NCBI GenBank assembly: GCA_013265495.1
Contig: MU058206.1
Location: forward strand, 1 to 64,000
Length of the DNA stretch: 64,000 nt
From: Vicugna vicugna
Lineage: Eukaryota
Direction of reading: 5' to 3'
Position numbers and translations under genes: made by a program. The notes below the pieces were generated by a model. The model was not told the origin of the DNA. It searched no databases and worked only from the letters and a program-made list of their open reading frames with translations. This document shows positions 11,901 through 23,700 of the stretch, piece after piece. The first letter of the stretch is position 1. Each line of letters starts with the position of its first letter.

Positions 11901-14900
11901 GGGAGAGTGGGGGAGGTTGCGCCCGAGGTTTGGCCATACACGCACATTCTAGCAAAGCAGCCGGGGAGAGAGAGGCCTGCGGACAAGGGTGATGGCAACC
12001 AGACACACCCAGGGACAGCCAGACTCCAGCCACCAAGTCTGGAAGGAGAGGGTGGATGGGGAGAGGTTCTCAGAGGAGCAGGAAGTTTTGCCTGGGGTCC
12101 TGCTGGCTGCCCCCAGGGCAGGATGGGCATTTCAAGCAGAGAGGGTGATCCACAAGAACGGGGGGCATCCAGGGTGCCCCCAACGTGCGAGGCCAGCTCC
12201 ATCTCAATCCACTCGCTCTCCCATCCCTTGTGCTGTCTCCAAACTGATGATTCAGCATTTTCACGCACACCGCCCCTCCTTCCACGCTTTTGCACCCTCT
12301 CTCAGACAGCCCCTCTGCTCAGAATGGCTTCCCCTCCCTGCTCTGGCAAGGTCCTCCCCTCTGTCAAGGCCCAGCCCACATGTGACCTCCCCTGGGAGCC
12401 TTGCTGAGTTGGTGATTCCCCTTCCTCATGCTCTCCTAACTTAGGTGGAGTTCACCGTGGTGGAGGGGGAGCTGGTGGTTAAGTGTGGGAGAGGGAAGAG
12501 ATGGGGATGGACTCTCAAGGGTCCTGTGATCCCTCCCCTGGAGATGCCGGCAACTGCTTCCTTGCCTGGTGGCTGGGCACTGGGCTCTGGGCTCCCCACT
12601 GACACCGGGGTGGTTCACCAGGAAGGGATCACTTTTCTTCCCGGGATAAGAGCCAACTCCTCGCCCCCGAGTGGAGGGCAGGTGGGACCACCCAGCACAG
12701 GTAGAGGAAGTGGTGGGAGGCCCCTCTCTCTCCTGCAGCGTTCTCTCCCACTGGAGCGCAGAGGCGGTCCGGAACATGGAGAGAAACTTCAAATGCAACC
12801 GTCCTCTCTTACACTCTCGGAGGGAAGCTCTGCTCAGGGCTTGCCAAGGACTGGGGCCAGACCGGAAATGGGATCGGATCGGTGACCAAGGGCCGTGGGC
12901 TCCTGTTGTTCCTGCAGCCTGTGCCAGCTCCCCCGCCCTTCCCTCCTCCCCCTGCGGATGTTCTCAGGTGTCTCAACCAAATCCCTTCCCCTGCCACTCC
13001 TCCCTTCTCTCCTGGCTCCTGATCCCAGATAGGGGGAGGGAGGGAGAGAGAAGGGTAGAGCCTTTGTCCTCCTGATGGCTTCTCCCCGCTCCCCACCTTG
13101 CCATCTTTATAATAGAATGCGCTGTGTCCCTGTCTCACCCCAGCTTCTTAGAGAATTTCCCCCTGCTGCCCACCCAGCTGTTGGGTTGGGATCTGAAGTC
13201 CTGCATCAGGAAACCTGCTGAGGCTGCCCGGCTGCCCTCCCACACGCGTCCCTAGTTCTGTTGTCTCCAGTCTCTCGTCACCGGTACACTTGGCCACTCC
13301 TGTGTTTGCTACTAGGTTGTTCTAGAAATTACTTATCCATTGGTCATTTTCCATCTTAAATTCTTTGTGTCAGACCCCAGCCCTTTTTGAAGCTAATGAC
13401 CTGTTCCCGCCCCCAGACTGGGGGCTCCCAGTGAGGGTCTGTGGAAAGGGCCCTCCTTCTGCTCCCCACCCCGCCCCCGCCCCCAGGTGCACTCCTCCCC
13501 CAAGGCCCAAGGCCCCGGCTCCCGCGGCCCTTTATGGGCAGGGCCTCCGGGCAGCCCCAGGCCAGCCCCTGAGCCCAGGCCACCGCAGGCCAACCCTCAG
13601 ACATCTCTGAGCATGTTCCCCGCACTCTGCAGCCCAGCGGCCTTCGGGGAGCTGCTGCTTCGTCTCCAGCTTCCTCTGAACGGAGAGCCCATTTTTAATT
13701 AAAGTGGAAAAAGAGCTGAAAATCTGTTCGCATTTAATCATCTTGACGACCTTTTTGCTTAAGAGTTTCCAGCTTGGGGGGGGTGAGAGGGGGATTTTGA
13801 GTGGGGGGAGGCATTTCTTGAGACTGGGTCTGGGTTGGAAGGAGGAGGGAGAGCCTCTTACCGGGATGAATAATGGAACAGGAGCGGAGGTGGCTGGGGC
13901 TCCAAGTGCCGACTCAGCACTTTCCTCCGCTGGCTCCTTGCGGGGGGGTGGGGGCCACTCGCACCTGCCTCCCCCTCCCCGGGGTACCCTGTGGGCTGGG
14001 CCCGGTTGGGGCAGCACAAGAACCTGGCCTGAGGCTCTGCAGGGAGCGGGAGCCGGGGCAGCCTGGGAAGGACGGCTTTCCTCACATCACAGGCGGGAAA
14101 CAGACCTGGAGAGGCCCAGTGAGTGGTCCCAGGTCGCACAAGGGGTGGGGGCAGCGCTGAGGGGAGATCGCGGTCTCGCTTCTGCCCAGCCTGGGCTGGC
14201 GTTCTCCACAGCACGGTGCTGAAACTGCTCAACTACTCCACAGTTCCTTCCTTTGCAGCCGCCACACTGAGTGACTTGGAGCATTTCGTGTACTTCCCTG
14301 GGTCTCAGTTTCCCCAACTGCAGATGGCCTCGGGGCGGGAGGTAGCTTCCACTTCTGAAATCCGAGTCCTGGCCTAGAGCATGTAACTGGGAACTCTCTG
14401 TGCTCCTGCCCCAGGCGCACTCCTGTTTGACTGGGGGAGCCTTTAGACTAGGAGATCCCCCAGGCTCTGGGCCACCTCCCTGCTCCCCACCCCCTGAGGG
14501 TAAAGGAGAGGATGGTGGCATTGAGTCCCTCTCCATGTTTCAGACCCACCCCTGTGCTCCCATGGGAGAGGAGACTGCAGCCTAGAGACCCTGTCTCCCA
14601 ACTCAGAGTTGCAGGACTTCCAGGGCGATGCCTTTGTCCACGCCCCTTAGACTGGAGTTTCCTCGGAAGTGGCCAGTCAGTCAGCAGGTGGAGTGGATGG
14701 ACTGAGAGAGCTGGTCCAGGAAGGGCTGGCGGCCCAGGCCTTCTGTTCTTAACTGTTTAGCCCTGTCTCAGGGGACCCCTTGCCCAGCAGACCCCACCTT
14801 GGGATGGATGGGATTGTAAAGGGGGCCTCCTCCTTCTACTCCTCCCCCTCTCCTCTTGATGGTCTTTTTTTTTTTTTTTTTTTTCGGGGGGGGGGTGGGT

Positions 14901-14937
14901 TTATTTTTTTTTTTAATTGTGTGGCTGGGGTTTGACC

Positions 14938-15030
14938 NNNNNNNNNNNNNNNNNNNNNNNNNNNNNNNNNNNNNNNNNNNNNNNNNNNNNNNNNNNNNNN
15001 NNNNNNNNNNNNNNNNNNNNNNNNNNNNNN
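14938..15030. other. Assembly gap (93 N)
   Basis: Run of n characters in the sequence. Confidence 1.
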
Positions 15031-15152
15031 TTTTTTTTTTTTTTTTGCAGGGGGCAGTTAGGTTTATTTATTTATTTAATGGAGGTGCTGGAGATTGAAC
15101 CCAGGACCTCATGCATGCTAAGCACTGGCTCTACCACTGAGCTATACCCTCC
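15031..15152 (-). mobile_element. tRNA-derived SINE, camelid Vic-1-like
   Basis: Reverse complement reads 'gagggtatagctcagtggtagagc..cttagcatgcatgaggtcctgggttcaatctccagcacctcc-(taaa)n-polyA'. It has A-box (tagctcagtgg) and B-box (ggttcaatc) motifs. Confidence 0.88.
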
Positions 15153-15499
15153 ACCACCACTTTGCGGAGGGGGGTTCTTCCCTTGACTGGAAGACTGAAC
15201 AGACTGTGTCTCTATGCCCTTTACCCTCCTCTGCTGGAAACCAACCCAGACAATCACACTTGACCCCACTTCCCAGCCACACCAGAATGGAGATAAGCTT
15301 GGGTCTGGGATGTCTCCGCCCCCAGCGATTCCCGTGGGAATTGTGCCGGAGCCTGAGGCCTGTCACAGTGCTGGCTCTTATCTATAGCAGGAAGGCCGCC
15401 TGAGCTGGGTCCTCAGTGCTGAAATGTCATCTCACCCCTTATCCGGTCTCCAGCCTGCAGTGCAGAAGCCACCAGCAGCGGTAGCAAATAGAATAAGAA

Positions 15500-15660
15500 T
15501 AATTGACATCTGCCCAGCTCCCGTGACACCACTCCAGACCTCTGTGATTCATCACAGTAACTTATGAGACTGGCATCTTATGCCTATTTCACAGGTAAGG
15601 AAACCAAGGCTCAGAGCAGGGGAAGGGACTGACCCAAGGGCGCAAGGCAAATGAACTGTA
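15500..15660 (-). mobile_element. MIR SINE
   Basis: MIR core 'tgcctatttcacaggtaaggaaaccaaggctcagag...gactgacccaagg'. Confidence 0.7.
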
Positions 15661-17869
15661 GGGGCTTCTGATGACTCATCCTCTCATCTTCAGGCTGCTC
15701 CAACATGGTGTAGCCCTACTCAGGCTTTTGTTAAAATGTCTTGACTGTCCTTCGATGCAGGATAAAAATGAGAGATGACTGAGTCCTTCAGAACTGCAGG
15801 GCAGCTCTGCAGACTTTCAGGGCTGGGAAGGATCCAAGTGGAGGGTCAGGAGGAATTTCCTAGAGGAAGGCTACTTGAGGGGAACACGTGCCACAGAAAT
15901 GAAGGCAGAGGTTGGAGGGGGGGTGGCCCCCAGAGTCAGTAAGAAAGACGGCTGTCCTGACTCTCTCCCCTGTGCCCTTACCACAAGGCCTGGAACTCTC
16001 TCCATTCAAGGACTTGGGTATAGTGTTGCCCTCTCTGGGCACCTCTTCTCCAACACACGAAGTCTGGGGAGATTAAGTCCCTATCAGTGTTTGAGCAAAT
16101 TGATCAGGTGCGATTCCTTGACAACAAGTATGGATGTAGAACGGGACGTGTGGGACAAAGGGTGGCCTTTGAAGGAAAAGACTGCAGATGGGAAGAGGGG
16201 AGACTGACCAACTCTACAGTTATAGTGAAGGAAGAGAGAAGACAGCTCTCACAGAGGTATGACCCATGGAAGGGCTCAGAGGTGAGAGAAGCTGACTAGT
16301 GTGGGTCAGAAGGAGCCCCTGGCAGGACAGGGTGGAGGCAGGAAGGGAGCACCAGCCTCTGAGGCTGGACAGACGGTGGGGGAGGGCACTGTGGACCTGG
16401 CCCGCTTTGATGCTCCAGTTAATCTAACTGGACTCCAAAATTGACCAATTCCTCTCACACACTATTAACACAGCCCCAGAATCCAACTGGGCTGACCCCA
16501 AACCAGTTCCCAGACCCTACCCTGCTTCCTCATTGGTCGGGTCCCCCTTGCAACCCAGAAGAAGTCAGCTCAGAGGTAATCACTGCATCATGCTTCAAAG
16601 CCACTGAGCTAGCTCCTAATGGAGGGCAGTGGGTTTCACTTACCTTGCCTGGCTGCCTGCCCGGGGCAGATGGGATGCAGCTGGGGGAGGCCCGGCACCT
16701 TCTTTTCCCCCTTCTCCCCAAGAAATTGTTCTCTCCTTGCCCATCTCCCTTCACCCCTTCTCTGGTTGGACACTGGCACTGGGGATTAGGGGAGGTGATT
16801 CCCCCACAGCAGGAAGAGTGAGTGCTCACTAAAAGAGCTTGGAAACTATGCCTTCAATCTAAAGACAGGGATCATTCCCTGACTTGCCTCAGCCTATCCT
16901 AGCCTGGCCAAAGCCCAGATTCTGTGAATGCGTGTCAGGAGGGGACATCTGAGGGTAGCATCGAAGGGCCGAGTGCAGCCCCTCTGAGATGCAGGTTCTA
17001 ACTCCCCAATTCACTGGAGTGAAGGCTGGAGGGGAGGAGTGGCTGGGACATGGGGGTTAAGTGCTGAGATGTGTGGCTGTGGAGGGCCTCCTGCTAGGTA
17101 GTGGCCACTTACAACACCGTTGCTTCCTTCTGGAGGTCCTTGGGCAAGTGGCTTAACCTTTTCGAGCCTGAATCTCTTCATCTGTATATGGTGAACCCAG
17201 CACCTCCTTCCCGAGATTGCAGTGGGGAATCAAGGGAGATCATTGTGTGGCTCTCTCGGCCCACAGGACAGCTTAATGAATATGAGTTCTCATTGTCCGC
17301 ACTCCCATTTCTGCTTGGAAGTAAGTTGGGGCTGCAGGCTGGTTCCCCAGTGACTGCTGGGGACAGAAACACAGAGCTGTGGGCAGTGTTCAGCAGGGGG
17401 CCTGGATCTCCATGAAAAGGGTGGACAGGGAGTATGTGTTAGGAATTTGCCTTCCTGGAGGGACAGGGTGATGGAGGGATGATGAGATGAAGAGGGGAGG
17501 GGCAAACCCCTCCTGCATCAACTCCTAAAGTTGCAATCTGACCCACCACTGCTAGTGCCATGATGGTTCTGGGGGCCCCTCCCCTGAATACTGCTGCCCT
17601 GTTGGTGCTGCCTGATTCCACTTGCTGGTCAGCTCCTTAGAGCCCTTCTCCATGCCCCACCCACAGCTGTAGCTTCAGGGGCTGAAGATTAGGGGAAAGG
17701 GACCTGGGTCAGGGAGAAATTTTTGAAGGATGTTCATGTTTGGAGCCAGGAGCCATGATAATTAGGGCGTTAGGCTCAGGCAGGCAGTGGCTCCATGGGG
17801 CCTCCAATATTGTTCCAAGGAAAGGGGAGGGACCCAAGTATTCAGCACTCATTAGCAGGGATCCCTGCT

Positions 17870-18110
17870 GCTCGTGGTGGTGCGGATGTCAAAAGGCAGG
17901 TGGTGGTGGTGGCCATGGCCCTGGCAGCTGTGGTGACGATGGTAATGGTGGGGATGATGGTGGTGGCAGTCACGGTAGTGATGGCACTGGTAGCTGCAGT
18001 GGTTTTGGCAGTGATGCTGGTGTTGCAGTGTTGGTGGTCACAGTGGTGCTGGTTTCGGTGTAGATGGCTGTGATGGGGACAGTGGTGGAGATTGTGCTGA
18101 TGGTGGTGGT
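17870..18110 (+). repeat. Degenerate (TGG/TGA)n trinucleotide low-complexity tract
   Basis: Period-3 ggt/gat/ggc repeats. They produce the spurious Val-, Gly- and Thr-rich ORFs. Confidence 0.85.
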
Positions 18111-18204
18111 CCCAGCAGAGGAACATCCTGATCACGGTCATGCCATCTCTCTAATGGTCAAGCCAAGGGGGTCATATTATAAAATAATTCTTCATATCAA
18201 ATCA

Positions 18205-18500
18205 CTAACACACTAGAACATCAGCTGCACGAGGGCAGCTGCTTTTGTTCACTGCTGTATCCTCAGTTCCTAGAACAGCATGTGGCCTATACTAGGTGCT
18301 CAATAAATACATGTTGAATGGCTACAGAGCTGAGGAGCACTCTGTTGCCTTATTTGCCATTCAAGAAAGGAGGTTTTAAAAAGTGTTCCCATTTTATAGA
18401 TGAGGAAACTGAGGCTGAGGGAGATGGCATATTCTAAGACCACACAGAAGTAATTGATGCGGGGTGGGGTGGGGAATCTGCAGGCATTTGTGGTCAGGCC
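18205..18500. mobile_element. L2 3' tail followed by a MIR
   Basis: 'ttgttcactgctgtatcctcagttcctagaacag...taggtgctcaataaatacatgttgaatg' (L2 tail), then 'cccatttttatagatgaggaaactgaggctgag' (MIR core). Confidence 0.75.
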
Positions 18501-19689
18501 TGTCTGACTCTCAGTTCAATGCTCTTCTCTCTGCACACTTCACAGCCACTCCCCACCGCCGGCACTCAGCACTCCATCGTGGTCTTGTGCTCAGGCTTAA
18601 TCATAGAAATACTGCTAATAATAGTAACAATTGCTGTTTGTAATTGTTCAAGTAAGGCTTAAATGATCAAGACCAGGGAAATTATTAATAACCCAGGCCC
18701 AGCCATGGTGGTGTGGGTCATATTAAATCGTGTTGAGATGGATAACCTTGGCAATAATAGTAACCGGGATCATAAATTAATAACAGGAGGATTTAAATTA
18801 ATGCCGTACTGTTGATACCTTGGTAGTAAGCAGCGCAGTGCTGCTGTTAGTACTAATGTTGCCCCTTCCTGCCTTCCATGAATTCAGCTGAGAGGAAAGG
18901 CAGGGCCATAAAAGCAGCAGGAGGAGACAGCTTAGAGGTGATCCCTGTCTGGGAGAAGGGAGTCCTCAAGGATTTCCGAAGAGGGGCTAGCTGCCTGGCC
19001 TCTTACGCTCAGCCGTGGAGATGGTGGCTCAGCCACTTTCATGCTCAAGGCCACAAGGTCTACCTGTCTTTTCTGGGGATGTTCCCTGGACTTTGTTGGT
19101 TATACAGGAAAGAAATTCACAGTGTAGATTTTCTCCCCTCATGAATGAATGAATTAGCTTCAGCTGATCTGGGAAATCACCTACCAGCATGGAACATGCC
19201 CTCTTCATAAGTGCTCTTCATCTCCCCCTTCTTCCTATAATGTGGGAGGGTACTATTATTTTTTTTTTCAAAGTCTAAACTGAGGTCCACACCTGGCCAA
19301 GATCAGGGTGATGGGATGGGCTTGTCCTCCACAGCTCTGTGCTCCAGGGCCTTCATGTCTGGGAACCAGGGACAGGTTGGGGTGGGGGACTCATGCAGGT
19401 TGGGGTGGGAGTGCTTCCCACCAAAAGACCGATGGCACACTCCCTGGATTACCAGGGCCTATGATTTAGACCTGCTAGAGTTCCTGGGGCACGGTGACGG
19501 TGGTCCTGGGGATGCCTACTAGAACATGGATGGGTATGTGGATGTGAGTGCATCCAACCAATTTTCCGTTTATTCCCATCTACAGACCTTTACTGAACCC
19601 CTCCTGTGTACCAGGCATTCAGATAAGAAACCGCAGTCCCTGCCTGCAGGGAGCTCATCAGCTAATGGAAACACAATCCAATGAAGGCA

Positions 19690-20015
19690 AACTGTTGAGG
19701 ATATATATATGCTTTTGTGCATGGGTGGGGGTGTTCATGAATGTGTGGGCACTTATGTGAGAGACTATACAAGTGAGGGCTTGTGTGGAGGTGACTGTAC
19801 ACATACACACGTGTGAATGAGTAGGTGAGTACATGTGTTTGAAACCTACCACCACGTGGGCCATGAGTGTGCATGTGGACATGAGTGTGGAGGTGCACGC
19901 ACATGTGTAGAATGTGCAGGACTACAGGCCTGCATGAGGATGCTGTGAGTGCATAAGCACATATATACACGAGTGTATATGTGAGCGTGTGTATTCCTCT
20001 GTGTGTGTGTGCATA
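19690..20015. repeat. TG/CA-rich alternating purine-pyrimidine low-complexity tract upstream of the promoter
   Basis: Imperfect (TG)n/(CA)n/(TA)n runs. Confidence 0.8.
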
Positions 20016-20289
20016 CCTGTGACCCTTTCAAACCCACCTTTTGAGAATTCAGATGATGTCGGGATGGACTCCACGTTGAACGTCCCCGCTGCTGCCTGCC
20101 TCCCCTTCCCCTCGGTCCCTGCGCAGAGACTCCCTCTCTGGCAAGGGGCAGAGGGAGGAATGGGGTACAGACCAGGAGATGAAAGGCAGAGAGGGCAGTG
20201 GGCTTTATTGCTGATAACGGCTGGGTAGGGAGCAGGGCACCGGGGAAGAAGCCGAAGCCAGAGGCAAGGGAAGATGGGTTAGAGTGAAC

Positions 20290-20712
20290 CCTGCGGGGGG
20301 CCGCAGCCCAAGGGAGCCCCAGGCCCCGAGCCCACAGCATCCGGGACAGATGCGCAGTAGCGCGGGCCGGGTACCGGGGCGGGGTAGGGTAGAGTCTGTG
20401 AGGGCCGGGATGCGGAGAAGCGGCAGCGGGACGCTGGGGCGCGGCTCCCCCCACACGCCCTCCCTTTCCTTCTCCCCCCTCCCGGAGGTGGCCGGGCGGG
20501 CGGGCGCGGGTCCGGGGCTGGGCGGGCTGGGCGGGGAGGAGGCGGGGCCGCCGCACTGGCTTCTCCCAACCCCTCCCGCCCGCAGCCAGAGGGAGCCGAG
20601 CTTCGGCCAACTCTGGGGGGCGGGCGCTGGAGCGCAGCGCAGCGCAGCGCAGCCCTATCCGTCCGCGGAGCGGACTGAACTGGAAGCCGAGCGCTGCCGC
20701 GGGAGGCGGGCG
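20290..20712 (+). promoter_or_regulatory. NGFR: NGFR GC-rich core promoter and 5'UTR (TSS about 20588)
   Basis: CpG-dense, with several GC boxes (GGGGCGGGG 20376-20384; GGGCGG cluster about 20493-20547) and E-box CAGATG 20347-20352. No TATA box is evident. The TSS is inferred from resemblance to the remembered human 5'UTR start. Confidence 0.85.
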
Positions 20713-20778
20713 ATGGGGGCAGGTGCCGCCGGCTGCGCCATGGACGGGCCGCGCCTGCTTTTGCTGCTGCTCCTGGGG
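20713..20778 (+). CDS. NGFR: NGFR exon 1 coding part (signal peptide MGAGAAGCAMDGPRLLLLLLLG)
   Basis: ATG at 20713, 66 nt, donor GTGAGT at 20779. Matches the p75NTR signal peptide. Confidence 0.97.
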
Positions 20779-23700
20779 GTGAGTGCTAGCTGAAGGGAAG
20801 ACCGCTCCCTTTCCTAGGACTGGAACCCCGATGAGTTCAGGTTTCCCGGGGGGAGAACAGATAAGAGCTTTGGGGTCCCAGATACAGGGGGTGGATGGCG
20901 GGAGTGCTCCGTTGCCAGTATGCACAGAGGAGCGTCTAAGGTTCTCAGCGCGAAGAGGCGACCCTGAGATCCAGGGTAAAGATGCAGATAAGAGGAGCGC
21001 AGGGATGCGGGCCCTAGGGTACCGCGGGGGGGGTGGTGTGTGGAGGAGCTGGGAGGGGTCTCTCAGGAGGGGTCTTGGGGTTCTCGGATGCCTGGGTTCT
21101 TCGGAAGAGGGCGCTTGAGTGCTGGGATCTCGAGGAGACTTTCCCCTTGAGCATCTTGATCTCTGGAGGGTCGTGGGACCGAACGCAGGCTAGAAAAGGA
21201 GAGGGAATCGGACGGGAACTAGAGATGTGAGGGGCAAGCGTGGCTTGTTCAGGGAACCGGAGACCAGGAGATGGAACAATGAAGGAGGAGACTGGAGGGA
21301 CTGGAGGTAGAGAGGACCGGGCATCGGACAATGAGGACCAGCCAGACAATGAGGGGGAGGAGCGTGGGAGGGAGAGGTTCTTGGAGCGGGGCTCTCTTGA
21401 AGAGAGAAGTGGGTTAGGGAAGGCAGAAAAGGCGAGGGTGATAAGAGAGATAAAAGTAAAATGAAAGAGGATGGAGAGGGGAGAGCGGACCCTAAAGTGG
21501 TCGGCACCCCGCCTGCTTGCTGGGGGACAGTGGGACCAGAAGAGAGCAGAGGCACAGACGCTTCCCGGGCTTGTCGCGCGCTTTTTGTCGCGGCCTCGGA
21601 GGGTCGGGGAATTGCGGCTTGGGGTCCGAGGCTGGGGAGGGAGTGCCCACTTCGCTGAGGCGAACCCGCTCCCCAGGTTCTCCTACGACCGGCGGGCTCC
21701 TACACACTTATTCTCGCGGTCTGAAGAAGAGCCGCGGACCGAATGGGACGGAGCGGGCGTCGTCGGACGGGTTCTGGCCGCCGCCACTTCTCGGGGTGCA
21801 GAGGGGCGGGACGCGCGAGGCAGGGAACGTCCCGGCAGTGCGCAGCCCGTGGTCGCGCAGACAAAGGCGGCCCGCAGGGGGCGCTGCGACTCGAGGGCTG
21901 AGCCTCCGCAGATGTGGGCGCAACACCGGCCGCGCGCTGCACCCGCCACCCTGACCCCGCATTAAGTTAAACGACCTGAGCGCCCAGCCTGCGGTTCGCT
22001 CCGTTTCCGCGCCCAGGCGGGTGGGAATTCCGTCGGCGGCCCCCTCAGCTTTCAGTGAAAGACTCTGGGCACCCAGTGAAACGGAGGCGCTCAGACGCCA
22101 CGGATTCTGTCTAGGCAAAGGACTGCCGGTCCTCGTAAGCATTGATGTCCGGCCGGTAGTTATGACAAGATATTAAAGAGATGTAACCTGGTGTCTGGCC
22201 ATAAACAGAGTGCCTGGAAGGTTTGGCAGTGGAGGTGTCCTCACTCTCCCTGTCATCGTCATCTCTCATCTGAGCATCTGAGCGTCCTCAAATCCCCGTT
22301 TTACAGACAAGGAGACTGAGGCTCTGAGACTTTAAACCAATTTGTCAGGATCTCCCAACCAAGTTGAGCCTAGCTAGACTTAATCCAAGTTAGACTGTCC
22401 TTCACCTGATTCCCAGCTCTGTACTCCCCGTACCTCTTAAGGGGCAGCCCGGCGTCCCAGCTCAGAATAAGAGCTGCGTGTCTCGGCAGCGGGTGGCTGG
22501 ACACCATCCCTAGAGTCGGGCGGGCGGAATCTGGGGACTGGGATGGGCAGAAACCACCCTCCGGGTTCTGGCCCCAACCCCGAAGCTCAGCCCCGCTTCC
22601 CTGGGCTGTCAGTACCTGTAGCTTCGTCCGGGGATTTGACAATGACTGCGGGCACGTTTGCTGACTAACGCCGCGGGGTAGGGTGCTTCTCCGCCGGGAA
22701 GGTGGGGGGCGGGGAGGCGGGACTGGGGCGGCCAGTAGTGCGGATCCCGGAGGGGCGAGGGCGTGTGCTCCGGATCTGGGCTAGAGAGAGTGTCCCCCCC
22801 TCCACAAGAGAAAAGGCGAGGAAGGAGGGGAGCTGGGCGTGGAGGGCCTGGGGCTGAGAACGGTGGACCCCGTGCAGAATCTGCCGCCTGCAGCCCCCGC
22901 GGTTCTGGCCTCCGCCTCGCCGCGGGGCTGCTGTCTAAGGGCTGACTGTGCGCACCGCGGCGGTCCGAGTCTCTTCCTGGGCCGCGGCGAGAGAGTGCTG
23001 AAACCAGAGCGCGTCCCGGCGGGTCGGCTGGCGGGCCACGCCGGTAATGGAGGCACTTTGTCATTCAGACGTCTGTAACCGGAGCCGCCGGGCTGGCTAA
23101 TGCGCCTAATAGGGATGCAGCGAGGGTAGCAAATGCGAGGACGGGAGCGGTCGGGTGGGGGAGGCGACTCTGGGAGGGAAAGGGGTCCCCATCCCGCTGT
23201 ACCAGCTTGGTCCCGTTCACGCGCCTAGATTCTTCCCTGGGGGTGCAGGGTGGGGAGGCGGGAATAATAAAATGGGTTGAATGCCTACTATGTGCCACGA
23301 ACTGCCTTGGGTAATTTCTCGTGTTATTTAATCCTTTTAAAGTCCCAGCAATCTAGTTATTCCCATTTGACTGTTGAGGGAGCTGAACCTCCCGGAGCTA
23401 CAGGCACGAAGCCAGGCTCCCTCAGTTAGTATGTGTTGGTGCCCTTGTTGGAAGCCAGGATGCTTGGCTTGGAGTTTACTCTTTGCTCCTTATGCCAGGC
23501 ACACTCCCCACACTCCCCGTACAAACTTCTAGATCACGGAAGGTCACTTGGCCCTGAACCACTACTAGACCTGGAAATTACACCTGTCTCGTGCCCTTGG
23601 CACCACAAATTTGTAACTGAGCCCCTTCCCCACCCCACCCCCTACTCAGAGCCCGGCCCCATTTCAAAGTCTTCCCTACAGCACCCTTCTCAGTAATTAG

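Larger units (their letters stand above)
20290..23230. promoter_or_regulatory. CpG island domain spanning promoter, exon 1 and proximal intron 1 (dense at about 20.3-20.8, 21.5-22.15 and 22.6-23.2 kb)
   Basis: Visibly high CpG and GC content compared with the CpG-depleted flanks. Confidence 0.85.

Noticed and set aside
15070..15152. tRNA gene (also at 53.7 and 58.1 kb)
   Set aside because: A/B boxes are present, but AT-rich tails, poly(A) and, for two copies, TSDs identify these as SINEs.
17740..18141. Val-rich 'transmembrane-like' and Thr-rich ORFs
   Set aside because: Products of a degenerate (TGG)n repeat.
19846..20925. 359-aa antisense ORF over the NGFR promoter and exon 1
   Set aside because: Pro/Arg/Ala/Gly-rich with no recognisable domain, and it ends in a TG/CA repeat. 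Long stop-free frames are expected in CpG islands.
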